DNA from: a virus
IMG/VR virus record: IMGVR_UViG_3300031576_000025
Span: 1-64,000 of that record
Strand: one strand, 5' to 3'
Length of the DNA: 64,000 nucleotides
The notes under the pieces are model-generated. The model made no database searches, was not told where the DNA came from, and saw nothing but the letters and a program-made list of their open reading frames with translations. The translations under genes and the position numbers were made by a program. Positions 19,040-28,887 of the stretch are shown one piece after another; positions within the stretch are counted from its first letter, which is position 1, and the number at the start of each line of letters is the position of its first letter.

Positions 19040-19085
19040 GTCCGCGGAAAGCGGCCAGCCAAGACGCATAAGGAGAACAACCGAA

Positions 19086-20009
19086 ATGAAGAACGACCTC
19101 GAAGAGCTCAAGAAGGCCCTGGACACGGCCGCGGCCGGGTCCGCCCTCAACCAGCCCGCCATCGACAAGGTGCTGGCGGAAATCATCGAGCGGAACAACC
19201 CGCTGCGCATGAACTTCCCCCGCAAGCCCGGCAGCGGCAGCGCGTCCATCCACAACCAGCGCACCGCGCGCACGGACACCGGCGAGGACGGGGCCAAGTT
19301 CGTCAACGACACCGAGGAGCCGACCGAGTCCCGGGGCGTCTACGGCCAGGCGTCTTTCGCCTACAAGACCATCCTGCGCCGCGGCAAGGTCACCCGCAAG
19401 CTGCAAGCCCAGGGCAAGTCCCTGCTGGACATCGAGGCCGAAGAAATCGAGAACGCGCTTCAGGACGTGCGCGACATCGAGGAGCAGAACCTCATCGTGG
19501 GCGACAGCGCCGCGAACGCAAAGCAGTTCGACGGCCTGCGCAAGCTGGTCCCGGCCGGGCAGCAGAAGGCCGCGGGCACGAACGGCGGCGCGCTGTCGCT
19601 GAAGCTGCTGGACGAAACCATCGACCTGGTCATCGGGAACCCTTCGATGATTATCATGTCCAAGGCCATGTCGCGCGACCTGAACGCGCTGCTTCAGGCG
19701 CAGCAGCGGTTCCAGGAGACGGCGGAAGTCAACGGCGGGTTCCGGGTCCCGACCTACCAGGGCATCCCCATCTTCAAGACCATCTGGCAGCCCACCAACG
19801 AGGTGCAGGGCACGTCCAGCGTCACCCAGTCGCTCTACGTCCTCGAAACCGGCCCCGACCTGTTCACGTCGGTGCTGACGGAGCTGACGATGGAACGGCT
19901 GGCGAAGAAGTCCAGCCAGGGCGCGGAATTCGACATCTTCGAGGACCTGTCTTTGGTCCTGAAGAACCCGTTGAAGGCCGCGCGCCTCAAGGGCCTGACG
20001 CTCGCGTAA
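19086..20009 (+). CDS. major capsid protein (HK97 fold)
   Basis: Follows protease; AAGGAG RBS; GDSAANAKQFDGL and YQGIPIF motifs; strong codon bias. Confidence 0.9.
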   Translation: MKNDLEELKKALDTAAAGSALNQPAIDKVLAEIIERNNPLRMNFPRKPGSGSASIHNQRTARTDTGEDGAKFVNDTEEPTESRGVYGQASFAYKTILRRGKVTRKLQAQGKSLLDIEAEEIENALQDVRDIEEQNLIVGDSAANAKQFDGLRKLVPAGQQKAAGTNGGALSLKLLDETIDLVIGNPSMIIMSKAMSRDLNALLQAQQRFQETAEVNGGFRVPTYQGIPIFKTIWQPTNEVQGTSSVTQSLYVLETGPDLFTSVLTELTMERLAKKSSQGAEFDIFEDLSLVLKNPLKAARLKGLTLA

Positions 20010-20015
20010 GCGCCC

Positions 20016-20312
20016 ATGCCTGAACCTACGGGGCCGTTCTACCTGCGCAAGAAGCACCCGCCGTTCGGTACGCCCGCCTCCCCGTTGTGGGAGTTCGCGT
20101 ACGACGAGCGGGTGAAGGTGGAGGGGGGACTGGCACGGTGCCAGTCCCCCGCCACCCGCGACCGGCTGGTGCGGATGGGGTACGAAGTGGTGGGGCCGGA
20201 AGCGCCGCCGCCCGCGGGCAAGATGTACGCCCCGGACTGGTGGGGCAAGCCCGCGGAAAAGCCCGCGGGTCCAGGCACGCCGCCGAAGCCGCCTACCCCG
20301 CCCGCGCCTTAA
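20016..20312 (+). CDS. hypothetical virion-associated protein
   Basis: Directly after MCP; Pro-rich tail. Confidence 0.6.
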   Translation: MPEPTGPFYLRKKHPPFGTPASPLWEFAYDERVKVEGGLARCQSPATRDRLVRMGYEVVGPEAPPPAGKMYAPDWWGKPAEKPAGPGTPPKPPTPPAP

Positions 20313-20351
20313 GGCGTCCCCAAGGGGGCGCACGACGGATAGGGGGTAAAG

Positions 20352-20774
20352 GTGGGCCAGTTTCCGCTTCCGCACCCGCCCACGTTCCGGGTGTCGGAAT
20401 CCAGCCCGGGGCAGGTCAAGCTGGACTGGGGGGACTACCCACCGGCCGTGAAGGCCGGGCACAGCCTGAAAGGGTACCGCCTGTACCGCAGCCCCACCAA
20501 GGACGAGGTGGGGGTGCGGTTGGCGGACGAGGCGGTGCTGGGCCAGTCCACCTTCCAGTTCATAGACACCACCCCCGGGGCCGGTGCCACGCAGCATTAC
20601 CTGCTGGTGGCCGTGGAGGACTGGGGGCACGGTGCCCAACCTTTCGGGGAATCCCCCTACGGGTCCCAGGACCACACCGGCCTGGGACTTGTGCCGTTCG
20701 TACGCCGCGGCATGGGCAGCCCGCGGCGCGGCTGGGGCGAAGCGGCGGTGGGGCAAGACGGTTTCGGGTTGTAG
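20352..20774 (+). CDS. FN3-like domain protein
   Basis: VKLDW...GYRLYRS...FIDT...HYLLVAV. Confidence 0.7.
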   Translation: MGQFPLPHPPTFRVSESSPGQVKLDWGDYPPAVKAGHSLKGYRLYRSPTKDEVGVRLADEAVLGQSTFQFIDTTPGAGATQHYLLVAVEDWGHGAQPFGESPYGSQDHTGLGLVPFVRRGMGSPRRGWGEAAVGQDGFGL

Positions 20775-20784
20775 CGGGGGAAAA

Positions 20785-23727
20785 ATGGCGCGCACCAACA
20801 CGGCCGGACTGAAGCTCGCAAAGCGCGACGTAGGGGACTTGAACTGGGGCGGGGATTTCAACGAATCCCTGGACGTTCTTGACGCCCACGCCAAGGGCCT
20901 GCTGCGCGCCCCCCGGACCATTGCCGCCGCGCTTGGCGCTGGCGCTGTCGGCCCCAACCTGTCCGCGTCCACCACCTACACCTACCGCATCACCGCGCTT
21001 CTCGACGCCAAGGAATCCAACGTCAACATTTTCCCGTCCACCACCCAGTCCGCCGTCACCCAGGGCGGCACGGCCGTGCCCGTGGCCCTGGCCTGGGAAG
21101 CGACGGAAGGCGCGACCGGCTACCGGATTTACCGCGCGGTGGGGGCCGGGGCGTACGAGCGAATTAAGGAAATCGGCAGCGGTGCCACCGTGGTGTACAC
21201 GGATTCCGGCAACGACGCCCCGCAGACCGGCGTAAACCCGCCTGCGGTCAACGACGCCGCGGCCGTGGTCCTGGGCATTCGCAAGCAGGGCGAGGCGCTG
21301 TTCATTCGCGGCGCGCTGGAAATCATCGCCGGTGCCAACGTCACCCTCACCCAGGACAACGTCAACCGCGCCATCACCATCGCCGCCACCGGCGGCGGCT
21401 CCCCCGCCGACGCCAGCAGCACCGTCAAGGGAATCACCAAGCTGTCCGTGGACCCGGTCAGCCCCACCGAACCCATCGCCGCCGGGACCAACGACAACAG
21501 AATCCCAACCCAGGCCGAGAACGACGCGCTGGCCGGTACCAGCGGTTCGCCGTCCAGCACCAACAAGTACATGACGGACGAGGACCCGCGCAACACGAAC
21601 TCGCGCACCCCGACAGCGCACGCGCTGGGCGGCGCGGCCCACAGCACTGACACCTTCGCCAACCTGTCCGCAAAGGTTTCGGACGCCACCCTGGTACACA
21701 GCTTGCAGGTCATCCTGCAAACCCTTGCCGACGCCAAAGGTGACATCATCGCCGCGTCCGCCGCGGACACCTGGGGCCGCCTGGCCGTTGGTGTCAACGG
21801 CCATGTGTTGCAGGCGGATAGCACGCAGGCGTTGGGCGTGAAGTGGGCCGTTGCCCCCGTCACCGCGCACGCCATTGGCGGTGCCGAGCACACCGCTTCA
21901 ACATTCGCAACGTTGGCCGCCCTGGTCAATGACGCCACCCTGGTTCACGCCGCGCAGGTCATTCTTCAGACCCTTGCCGACGCGAAAGGCGACCTCATTG
22001 CCGCCACCGGCTCAGACGCCTGGGCGCGCCTGGCAGTCGGCGCGGACGGGCAGGTGTTGCAGGCGGACAGCACGCAGGCGTTGGGCGTGAAGTGGGCCAC
22101 CGTAGCCGGTGGCGGCGGCTACGCCACGCAGGTGGTGGCCGCGCCAACTGGCGTGGCGGCCACAGACACCGCCGCCATAAACGCCGCCATAGCGGCGCTG
22201 CCCGCGGGCGGCGGCATGGTGGCGCTGCGCGAGGGCGTGTACGTGGTCAACGCCAGCATCGTGCTGCCCGCTGGCAAGCCAATTGCGCTGGTGGGCCAGG
22301 GCAAGGCGTCCATTATCCGCAGCACCGCCTCCAATATCAACATCGTGGACGGCCCAGCGTCCGGCGGCGTCCTGTCCCGGTCACTTATCGCCAACCTTTC
22401 CATCGAGTCCCCGTCCAGCGGCACCAGCACCGGCTTAAAACTGGCCCCCGCCGGTGGCGTCACCTGGTCCGATATCACCGTTTCCAACGTCCGCTTCCAC
22501 AACCTCGACATCGGCATCATGGTGCAGGCCCAGGCGGACGGAACGGTGCAGGACCTTTACGTGCTGGGCTGCACGTTCACCAGCATGAACGACGCTATCA
22601 AGATGGACAGCGGGACGCTCAACAACCAGCTGCGCACCTACTGCCGCGGCAACACCGTGCTGGGCGGGCGGGTCCGGCTGTCCGGGGTGGACACCAAATT
22701 CCAGGCCAATTATCTTGAGCCCGGACTGGCCGCTGGCAGCCCCGTGCTGTTCGTGTCGCAGTCCGTGTCCCCGGAAAACGCACGGCTGTGCATCGAGGGC
22801 AACACAATAAAAAGTGGCGAAGGCATCCTCATCAGCGGCAACACGCCGGACGCGCTCATCGCCAACAACAACATCGTGCCGGACGGCGCGGCCACCAACG
22901 CCGTCAACGTCACCGCCGCGCTGTCCAACAGCCTCGTGTCTGGCAACCGCTTCACCAAGCCGTTCACGCTGGCCCTGAACGCGGGCACGACAGGCAACAT
23001 AATCACCGGCAACAGCGGCACGGTGACGGACAACAGCGGCCAATCGAACATCATCAGCCGGGACCCGGTGGACAAAACCATCGTGAACGCCAAGGGCGAC
23101 CTCATTGCAGGCACCGCGGACAACGCGGTGAGCCGCCTTGGGGTGGGCACCAACGGGCAGGTGTTGACGGCCGACAGCGCGCAGGCCACGGGCATGAAGT
23201 GGGACACGCCGCAGGCTTCCCCATGGGTCAAGCTGGCGGACCAAACGCCCAGCAGCACCAGCGCGTTCCCGCAGGTGTCAGGCCTCAGCTGGACCACGGC
23301 CAAGGTATACAAGCTGTTCATCCACGTCAACAACAACACCGGCGGCGGGGGAAACGTCCTGCTTGTGGCTAACGCCGACGGGGCAGCGAATTACAGCTAC
23401 CAAAAGTTCAGCGTGGATGGCGCGACGGTGGCCGGGTCCAGGGTGCAGTCAACCTCGCCTGTGGTGGCGGAAATCCCAGCGGACACCAGCGTTGGTATCG
23501 AAATAACGGTTGTGCCACTGTACAATGGCAGCACCAACAACCCGGGCGCATATATCGCCTACGCCCGCGTGTTCGTGTCTGACCGCGGCTTTCCGGCCAC
23601 GCCAAAGATGCTCAAGTACGTGACCTCGTACTACCTTCACGGTGGCGACCTGACCAGCTTGCAGGTCCAGGCGTCAGCTGGAATTTTCGTCACCGGAAGC
23701 AAGGCGCTGCTGTTGCGGTTGGCGTAA
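20785..23727 (+). CDS. fibre protein with right-handed beta-helix (pectate-lyase-like) domain
   Basis: FN3-like N-terminus, repeated KGD.I......RL.VG..GQVL.ADS....G.KW units, DTAAINAAI...GG.V.L..G.Y glycosidase-like start, Asn-ladder beta-helix. Confidence 0.8.
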   Translation: MARTNTAGLKLAKRDVGDLNWGGDFNESLDVLDAHAKGLLRAPRTIAAALGAGAVGPNLSASTTYTYRITALLDAKESNVNIFPSTTQSAVTQGGTAVPVALAWEATEGATGYRIYRAVGAGAYERIKEIGSGATVVYTDSGNDAPQTGVNPPAVNDAAAVVLGIRKQGEALFIRGALEIIAGANVTLTQDNVNRAITIAATGGGSPADASSTVKGITKLSVDPVSPTEPIAAGTNDNRIPTQAENDALAGTSGSPSSTNKYMTDEDPRNTNSRTPTAHALGGAAHSTDTFANLSAKVSDATLVHSLQVILQTLADAKGDIIAASAADTWGRLAVGVNGHVLQADSTQALGVKWAVAPVTAHAIGGAEHTASTFATLAALVNDATLVHAAQVILQTLADAKGDLIAATGSDAWARLAVGADGQVLQADSTQALGVKWATVAGGGGYATQVVAAPTGVAATDTAAINAAIAALPAGGGMVALREGVYVVNASIVLPAGKPIALVGQGKASIIRSTASNINIVDGPASGGVLSRSLIANLSIESPSSGTSTGLKLAPAGGVTWSDITVSNVRFHNLDIGIMVQAQADGTVQDLYVLGCTFTSMNDAIKMDSGTLNNQLRTYCRGNTVLGGRVRLSGVDTKFQANYLEPGLAAGSPVLFVSQSVSPENARLCIEGNTIKSGEGILISGNTPDALIANNNIVPDGAATNAVNVTAALSNSLVSGNRFTKPFTLALNAGTTGNIITGNSGTVTDNSGQSNIISRDPVDKTIVNAKGDLIAGTADNAVSRLGVGTNGQVLTADSAQATGMKWDTPQASPWVKLADQTPSSTSAFPQVSGLSWTTAKVYKLFIHVNNNTGGGGNVLLVANADGAANYSYQKFSVDGATVAGSRVQSTSPVVAEIPADTSVGIEITVVPLYNGSTNNPGAYIAYARVFVSDRGFPATPKMLKYVTSYYLHGGDLTSLQVQASAGIFVTGSKALLLRLA

Positions 23728-23740
23728 GGGGGAAGGCGAC

Positions 23741-25072
23741 ATGGCAACGATTGAAAGCCAGCTATCAGAGCAGGTAGTCGGGGCCCTGGCCGCTGACGCC
23801 CTGGCCCCAGCGCCACCCGTCCTGGGCCTTATCCAGGCGGACAGCGTGGTGGACGGCCCGAACCCCAAGGGGCGCACGCGCGTGACGCTGAACTGGACCG
23901 CGCCGACGCGCAACGAGGCGCTGGGCGGGGAAATGTTCAGGCTGCTGGACGAAAGCCCCGACCTGGCTGCCGGGACCAACGGGGCCAGCCACGAAACAGA
24001 ATTTGACCCCGTGGTGGCGGCCACGTACCAGGTCTACGAGCGGACGGCGACGGACAGCGTTGGCGCCACGCTGACGGCCAGCACGCTGCACGGCGAACGC
24101 AAGGCGTTCGTGCAGACCCCGGTTCCCGCGGCCATTGTGACGGGGGCGTGGGTTGTCGTTGAGGACACGGTGAACGCGAAGGAGGAATACGCGAAGCTGA
24201 AGGCGGTCAACACGGGCACCGGCGAGCTGACCTTCGAGGACGGGCTTTTCTTCACGCATTCCACCGGCGCGGCCGTCAAGCAGGTGACGCTGACGGTCAA
24301 GACCGAGGCGACCCACTACAACATCGCCCTGTCCACCGGCGTCCTGACAGAACTGACCAGCGGCTTCACCGCCAGCAACAAAATCGTCATCCGCTATCAG
24401 ACGACCTTGCAAGACCTGACCAAGTACGAGCTGTACAGGGTGCCAGGCAACGCCCCAGTGACGAACCCGACGCGCGCAAACGTCCTTGCCGCGTCCGGCC
24501 TGGTCACCGTGGACAACAACATCAGCGGGGCTTCCACCAGCAAGCAAGACGCCCTGCCCGTCCAGGCCGACGCTGGCAAGGACTTCACGTACTACCTTTT
24601 TGCCGCGGACAGCCAGGGCAACCCGTCCAGCCTGTCGCACGAAACCATGACGCTGAACAACCACCTGGTTTTCGTGGAGTTCATGCCGTCGGTGCCCACG
24701 TCCATGGCCGTGCAGACCAGCACCAACAAAGTGGTGGTGTCGTGGGCCGCGGCCACCGACCCCAACCCCAACGGCTACAACATCTACCGAACCGTGGGCG
24801 CGGTGTTCAACCCGGCCACGGCCGTCAAGCTGAACAGCCTGCTGATTCCGAAGGGCAGCGGCACCATTTCGTTTGACGACAGCGCCATGAACGTGACCAA
24901 CCGCGTGTCCGCGGCCACCGCCCCGTTCCCGTTGGACGGGCAGACGTTCAGCTACAAGGTGGAGACTGAGGACACGGTGACGTTTTGGGGCGACGGGACC
25001 AGCAACGTGCCTTCCTTGGACATCACCGCCAGCAAGACCGCTGGCGTTGGGGACGGCACGGGGGGCCGCTAG
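23741..25072 (+). CDS. virion structural protein with FN3-like domains
   Basis: VTLNWTAP; VVVSWAA...GYNIYR; beta-rich. Confidence 0.7.
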   Translation: MATIESQLSEQVVGALAADALAPAPPVLGLIQADSVVDGPNPKGRTRVTLNWTAPTRNEALGGEMFRLLDESPDLAAGTNGASHETEFDPVVAATYQVYERTATDSVGATLTASTLHGERKAFVQTPVPAAIVTGAWVVVEDTVNAKEEYAKLKAVNTGTGELTFEDGLFFTHSTGAAVKQVTLTVKTEATHYNIALSTGVLTELTSGFTASNKIVIRYQTTLQDLTKYELYRVPGNAPVTNPTRANVLAASGLVTVDNNISGASTSKQDALPVQADAGKDFTYYLFAADSQGNPSSLSHETMTLNNHLVFVEFMPSVPTSMAVQTSTNKVVVSWAAATDPNPNGYNIYRTVGAVFNPATAVKLNSLLIPKGSGTISFDDSAMNVTNRVSAATAPFPLDGQTFSYKVETEDTVTFWGDGTSNVPSLDITASKTAGVGDGTGGR

Positions 25073-25089
25073 ACGCAAAGGGGGCAGGA

Positions 25090-25440
25090 ATGGACGCCGG
25101 GAACGAAGGGCAGGCCGCCGTAGCGCAGAAGCCGGGGACCGACAGCACGCCGCCGACCGCAACCGTGGTGGGTGGCAACCGCTACACGCGGCCTTTGTCG
25201 CGGGCCGAAGTCAAGCGGGCCCGCTACCTGACCAACCTGCGCGCCCAGCACAACGCCTTCAAGGAATCGCTGGCCCACGCCCAGCATTTCTTCACCGTCA
25301 CCGAGCTGCCCGCAGAAAACCGGGCCGAAATCCAGGCGGCTCACGACCGCGCCATTTCCGCCATCGAATCCATCATCGCTGCCAAGCTGGCCGAATACGA
25401 CAAGCGCGCTGGCACCGCCGCGCCGGGGGCGTCCGCCTAA
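25090..25440 (+). CDS. hypothetical protein
   Basis: Helical protein; TAATG coupling to next gene. Confidence 0.6.
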   Translation: MDAGNEGQAAVAQKPGTDSTPPTATVVGGNRYTRPLSRAEVKRARYLTNLRAQHNAFKESLAHAQHFFTVTELPAENRAEIQAAHDRAISAIESIIAAKLAEYDKRAGTAAPGASA

Positions 25441-26048
25441 TGGCCCACCTGGTCAGCCAGCTTTCCACCGGCCCAACCGTCACCCTACTGCCGCTGGTCT
25501 ACACCACGGCCATGCTGGTGTCGGAAGCCACGGACGGGGAAATTCTGGAAGCCGACGTGATGCCGGAATGGATACAGGCGGCGCGCGACGAAGTGGACCG
25601 GCGCAGCGGGCTGTCCTTCCACCTTGAGGAATTCACGGACCAGCTGGACGGTGGCGGCCTGGACACGCTTTTTGTGCGGAAGTTCCCGGTGCTTGAGGTA
25701 AACGAAATAAAGATTGACGGCGTGGTGTTCGACGCGCTGCCGCTGACCAGGACGGTTTTCAACCCCCGCACCGGGGCGCTGCGGCGCAAGGACCTTGAGG
25801 TGTGGCAGGACGGATTGCAGAACATCACGGTGCGCTACCACGCGGGCAGCCTTATTATACCCCCCCTGGTCACCCGCATTGCCACCCTGCTTGTGGTCAA
25901 GACCGCCCTGAACGCGAAGCACGGCGCGGACGTGGACAGCACCCGCGTTGGGAACTTCAGCGAGTCCAGGTCATACGCCAAGCTGAACGACGAATTGGAC
26001 CGGGCGTGGTCGGCGCTGGGGACGCGGCGGGAGTTGCATTTCGCATGA
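25440..26048 (+). CDS. head-tail adaptor protein
   Basis: Position; G.QNITV.Y.AG...IPP.V motif. Confidence 0.75.
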   Translation: MAHLVSQLSTGPTVTLLPLVYTTAMLVSEATDGEILEADVMPEWIQAARDEVDRRSGLSFHLEEFTDQLDGGGLDTLFVRKFPVLEVNEIKIDGVVFDALPLTRTVFNPRTGALRRKDLEVWQDGLQNITVRYHAGSLIIPPLVTRIATLLVVKTALNAKHGADVDSTRVGNFSESRSYAKLNDELDRAWSALGTRRELHFA

Positions 26049-26401
26049 GCCATGACCTTGCCGCGCGTCTGCTGAACGCCAGGGTGACGGTGAAGGCGGT
26101 CCAGCACACCAACGTGGGGACCGGGACGCTGCGCCCGACCTACAAGCACGTGTCTGTGGCCACCGACGTTCCAGCGCGCTTCGACCCAATCAACGTGTCC
26201 GAACAACGCGGCGTCATGGGCAACGTGCCAAAGGGTTCCTTCCGCCTGTTCCTGAACGTGCCGGTGCCGCCAGCCACGTGGACGCTGGACGAGAACTACC
26301 AGGTGGTGCGGCAATCGGACAGCAAGGTGTTCCACGTGTCCGAAGTGCTGGACTTCAACGGCCACCACCTGGAAGCGGTGGTGCAGGAGGTGAAGGCGTG
26401 A
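26045..26401 (+). CDS. head-closure (stopper) protein
   Basis: Position, size and beta-rich sequence ending GHHLEAVVQEV. Confidence 0.7.
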   Translation: MSHDLAARLLNARVTVKAVQHTNVGTGTLRPTYKHVSVATDVPARFDPINVSEQRGVMGNVPKGSFRLFLNVPVPPATWTLDENYQVVRQSDSKVFHVSEVLDFNGHHLEAVVQEVKA

Positions 26402-26925
26402 TTGTCGTTCACGTCCGCGGCTTCGACACCGTGAACGCCCAGTACGCTGGCATGGGCAAGCGCCTGCTGCTGGCCGTCGTGCGCGGCGTGACGGACGCCG
26501 CCATTGAATTTTGGTCCACGGCGAAGCAGCACGCCCCGGTGTTCCGCGGCCTGCTGCGGGAATCGCTGCTGTTCAACGTGTCCGTGTCAGAACGCGGGGT
26601 GATTGGCAAGGTCGGCAGCGGGCTGGTCTATGCCAGCGTTCTGGAATCCGGCCACGGCCCCGCGGGCAGCACGCAATGGTTCCCCAACCTGGACGAAATC
26701 AGGGTGTGGGCGCGCCGCAAGCTAGGCACCGACCGCTGGACCGGGAAGGGCGGCAAGACCGGGGACCTGGCGTACCTGGTCGCGCGCGCCATGTCGCGCA
26801 CGCCGCGGACGGCGCGGGTGCAGCCCTACATGGCCCCGGCATTCGCCAACGGCAAGGCCCGCCTGACGCTGCATATTTCCGACCGCCTTGCCGCGTTCGT
26901 CCGGGCAGAAGGGGGGACCGCCTAA
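26398..26925 (+). CDS. HK97 gp10-like neck protein
   Basis: AKQHAPVFRGLLRES...YASVLESG...QPYMAPAF. Confidence 0.85.
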   Translation: MIVVHVRGFDTVNAQYAGMGKRLLLAVVRGVTDAAIEFWSTAKQHAPVFRGLLRESLLFNVSVSERGVIGKVGSGLVYASVLESGHGPAGSTQWFPNLDEIRVWARRKLGTDRWTGKGGKTGDLAYLVARAMSRTPRTARVQPYMAPAFANGKARLTLHISDRLAAFVRAEGGTA

Positions 26926-27417
26926 ATGCCCGCCCCGCGCCTGCACGAAAACACCATTGCGGACAAGATTGTTGACCTCATCAAAACCAACCTCGCCGCC
27001 ACCATGAACCTGAAGGTCTGTTCCGTCGGCGCGCTGGAGCTTTTCCCAGGGCTGCCGAACCTGGCCGACAGCCTGCCAGCGGTCATGGTCCAGCCGGACC
27101 CCAACACGTCCCTGCGGCGAATCACCACTGCCGAAACGTACGAAATAACTTATAATTTCCGAATCGTTTTTGTGCGCGGCTTCGGGGACGACGAAGAACC
27201 CGTGGCGCTGAAGGTGGCGGATACGCAGAAGATTGCGGAACTGCTGATTGACAACGTGGACCTTGGCGGCTTGACGCTGACGGGCGGCTGCGTGAGCAGG
27301 ACGCTGGTGGCGTCAATCGAATGGCGACCGCCAGAGGACCTGCTGGTGGCGCAGCTGAACGCGCGGGCGACGGCTACGGCGATTTCTTTTGTCGTTATGA
27401 CGGTGGCACGGAAGTAG
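26926..27417 (+). CDS. tail terminator protein
   Basis: Position before tail tube; LPAVMV motif. Confidence 0.65.
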   Translation: MPAPRLHENTIADKIVDLIKTNLAATMNLKVCSVGALELFPGLPNLADSLPAVMVQPDPNTSLRRITTAETYEITYNFRIVFVRGFGDDEEPVALKVADTQKIAELLIDNVDLGGLTLTGGCVSRTLVASIEWRPPEDLLVAQLNARATATAISFVVMTVARK

Positions 27418-27427
27418 GGGGCCTACA

Positions 27428-28393
27428 ATGGCATTTCACACCATAGAAGCAAAGGTGTTCGGGTTCAAGGCGGAAGCCGCGCGCGGCGTGTCCGAAGCGG
27501 CCCCGGACAAGTTCTTGGCGACGGGGGCCGACGCCAACCTGGACGCCAACCACGTTCCGATTGAGGACAACAAAATCCGCGGCAGCAAGCTGCGGTTCGA
27601 GTCCCAGCCCGGCGTGAAGGGCGTCATCGGAAGCGTGCCCGACGTTCACGTGGAAGCCATGACCATCGGCCCCCTTCTGAAGGGCGTCCTGGGCAGCGTC
27701 GTTTCCACCCAGCCCGACAACATCGGCGCGCCCACCGTCTGGCAGCACGTCGTCACCCGCAGCGACAACCCGCAGCTGCCGTCCAGCACGTTCTTCATGG
27801 ACCGCGGCCTGGGCAAGAAGCGGTACCCCCTGGGCATCTGGAAAAAACTCAGCTTCGCTGGCCCGACCGAGGGCCCGGTCACGGTGTCGGCGGACGTGCT
27901 GGCGCAGAAGGAAGAAGTGGCACCGACGATTGCCCCGAGCTTCGACAGCCCCAAGCCGTTCCTGTTCCACCAAACGGACTTCAAGGTGAACGGGGTAGCC
28001 GACCTGGACGTGCGCTCCTGGGCCCTGGACATCGACAACAACGCTTCCTTCCTTCGCACCTTCAACCAATCCCAGGACCCCCGGGACATCGTTTCCAGGG
28101 GCAAGTTCAACATCGAAGGCAGCTTCGAGGTGTACTTCACGACCGAAGCGAACCGCGCCGCCTTCCTGGCGAACACGGCCGCGGCGCTGCAAATCGTCCT
28201 GACCGGGGCGACTATCACCGGGGCCCACAAGTTCAAGCTGACCCTGGACATCCCCGGGGCCCGCTACCTGGAATACCCCTACGCGAACCTGGACGAACTG
28301 CTGGGCGCGGAAGTGAAGTTCCGGGCCGAACGGGACGCCGTGGCGGGCTACGAGTTGCAGGCCACGCTGGTCAACACCCTGGCCGCCATCTAA
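27428..28393 (+). CDS. tail tube protein
   Basis: Position; LPSSTFFMDRG, SWALDIDNN, GSFEVYF. Confidence 0.85.
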   Translation: MAFHTIEAKVFGFKAEAARGVSEAAPDKFLATGADANLDANHVPIEDNKIRGSKLRFESQPGVKGVIGSVPDVHVEAMTIGPLLKGVLGSVVSTQPDNIGAPTVWQHVVTRSDNPQLPSSTFFMDRGLGKKRYPLGIWKKLSFAGPTEGPVTVSADVLAQKEEVAPTIAPSFDSPKPFLFHQTDFKVNGVADLDVRSWALDIDNNASFLRTFNQSQDPRDIVSRGKFNIEGSFEVYFTTEANRAAFLANTAAALQIVLTGATITGAHKFKLTLDIPGARYLEYPYANLDELLGAEVKFRAERDAVAGYELQATLVNTLAAI

Positions 28394-28875
28394 TGGAGGG
28401 CAAGGGGACTGCGGCGGTTGTGGACAAGGACGCGGCGGCTGCGCCGCCGGACGCGGAAGCGCCCGGCGCGCCGCCAGCGGACGCCACTGACGCCCCGCAG
28501 CCGGAAGCGGTAAAGCCGGTCCTTGCCGACGCCGCGGCGCTGAAGGCCAGGCTGGCCACGGCCGTGCAGCTTGTGGTCGGGGGGGCGCTGTACCGGGTGC
28601 GCCCGGTGTCCATGCTGCTGTTCGTGCAGGACCCCACCGCCATGTGGCAGGCGGCGCGCAAGGACAAGGCGCTGCTGGACCGGATGATAAAGGACGCCAT
28701 GGCGAACCCGTCCATGGACCAGCTGCGCCGGGTGCTGGTGTCGGGCATGGTCCACCCGCGGGTGGTGGCGGCGGAATCGCAGGAAACGCCAGGCAGCATT
28801 TGGGTGGACACGCTTTTGACGGACTACACCCTGGCAACGGAGTTGTACCTTGGGATAGCCAGGCAGTCCATTTAA
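28393..28875 (+). CDS. tail assembly chaperone
   Basis: Between tail tube and tape measure. Confidence 0.65.
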   Translation: MEGKGTAAVVDKDAAAAPPDAEAPGAPPADATDAPQPEAVKPVLADAAALKARLATAVQLVVGGALYRVRPVSMLLFVQDPTAMWQAARKDKALLDRMIKDAMANPSMDQLRRVLVSGMVHPRVVAAESQETPGSIWVDTLLTDYTLATELYLGIARQSI

Positions 28876-28887
28876 CAGGGGGGCCGT

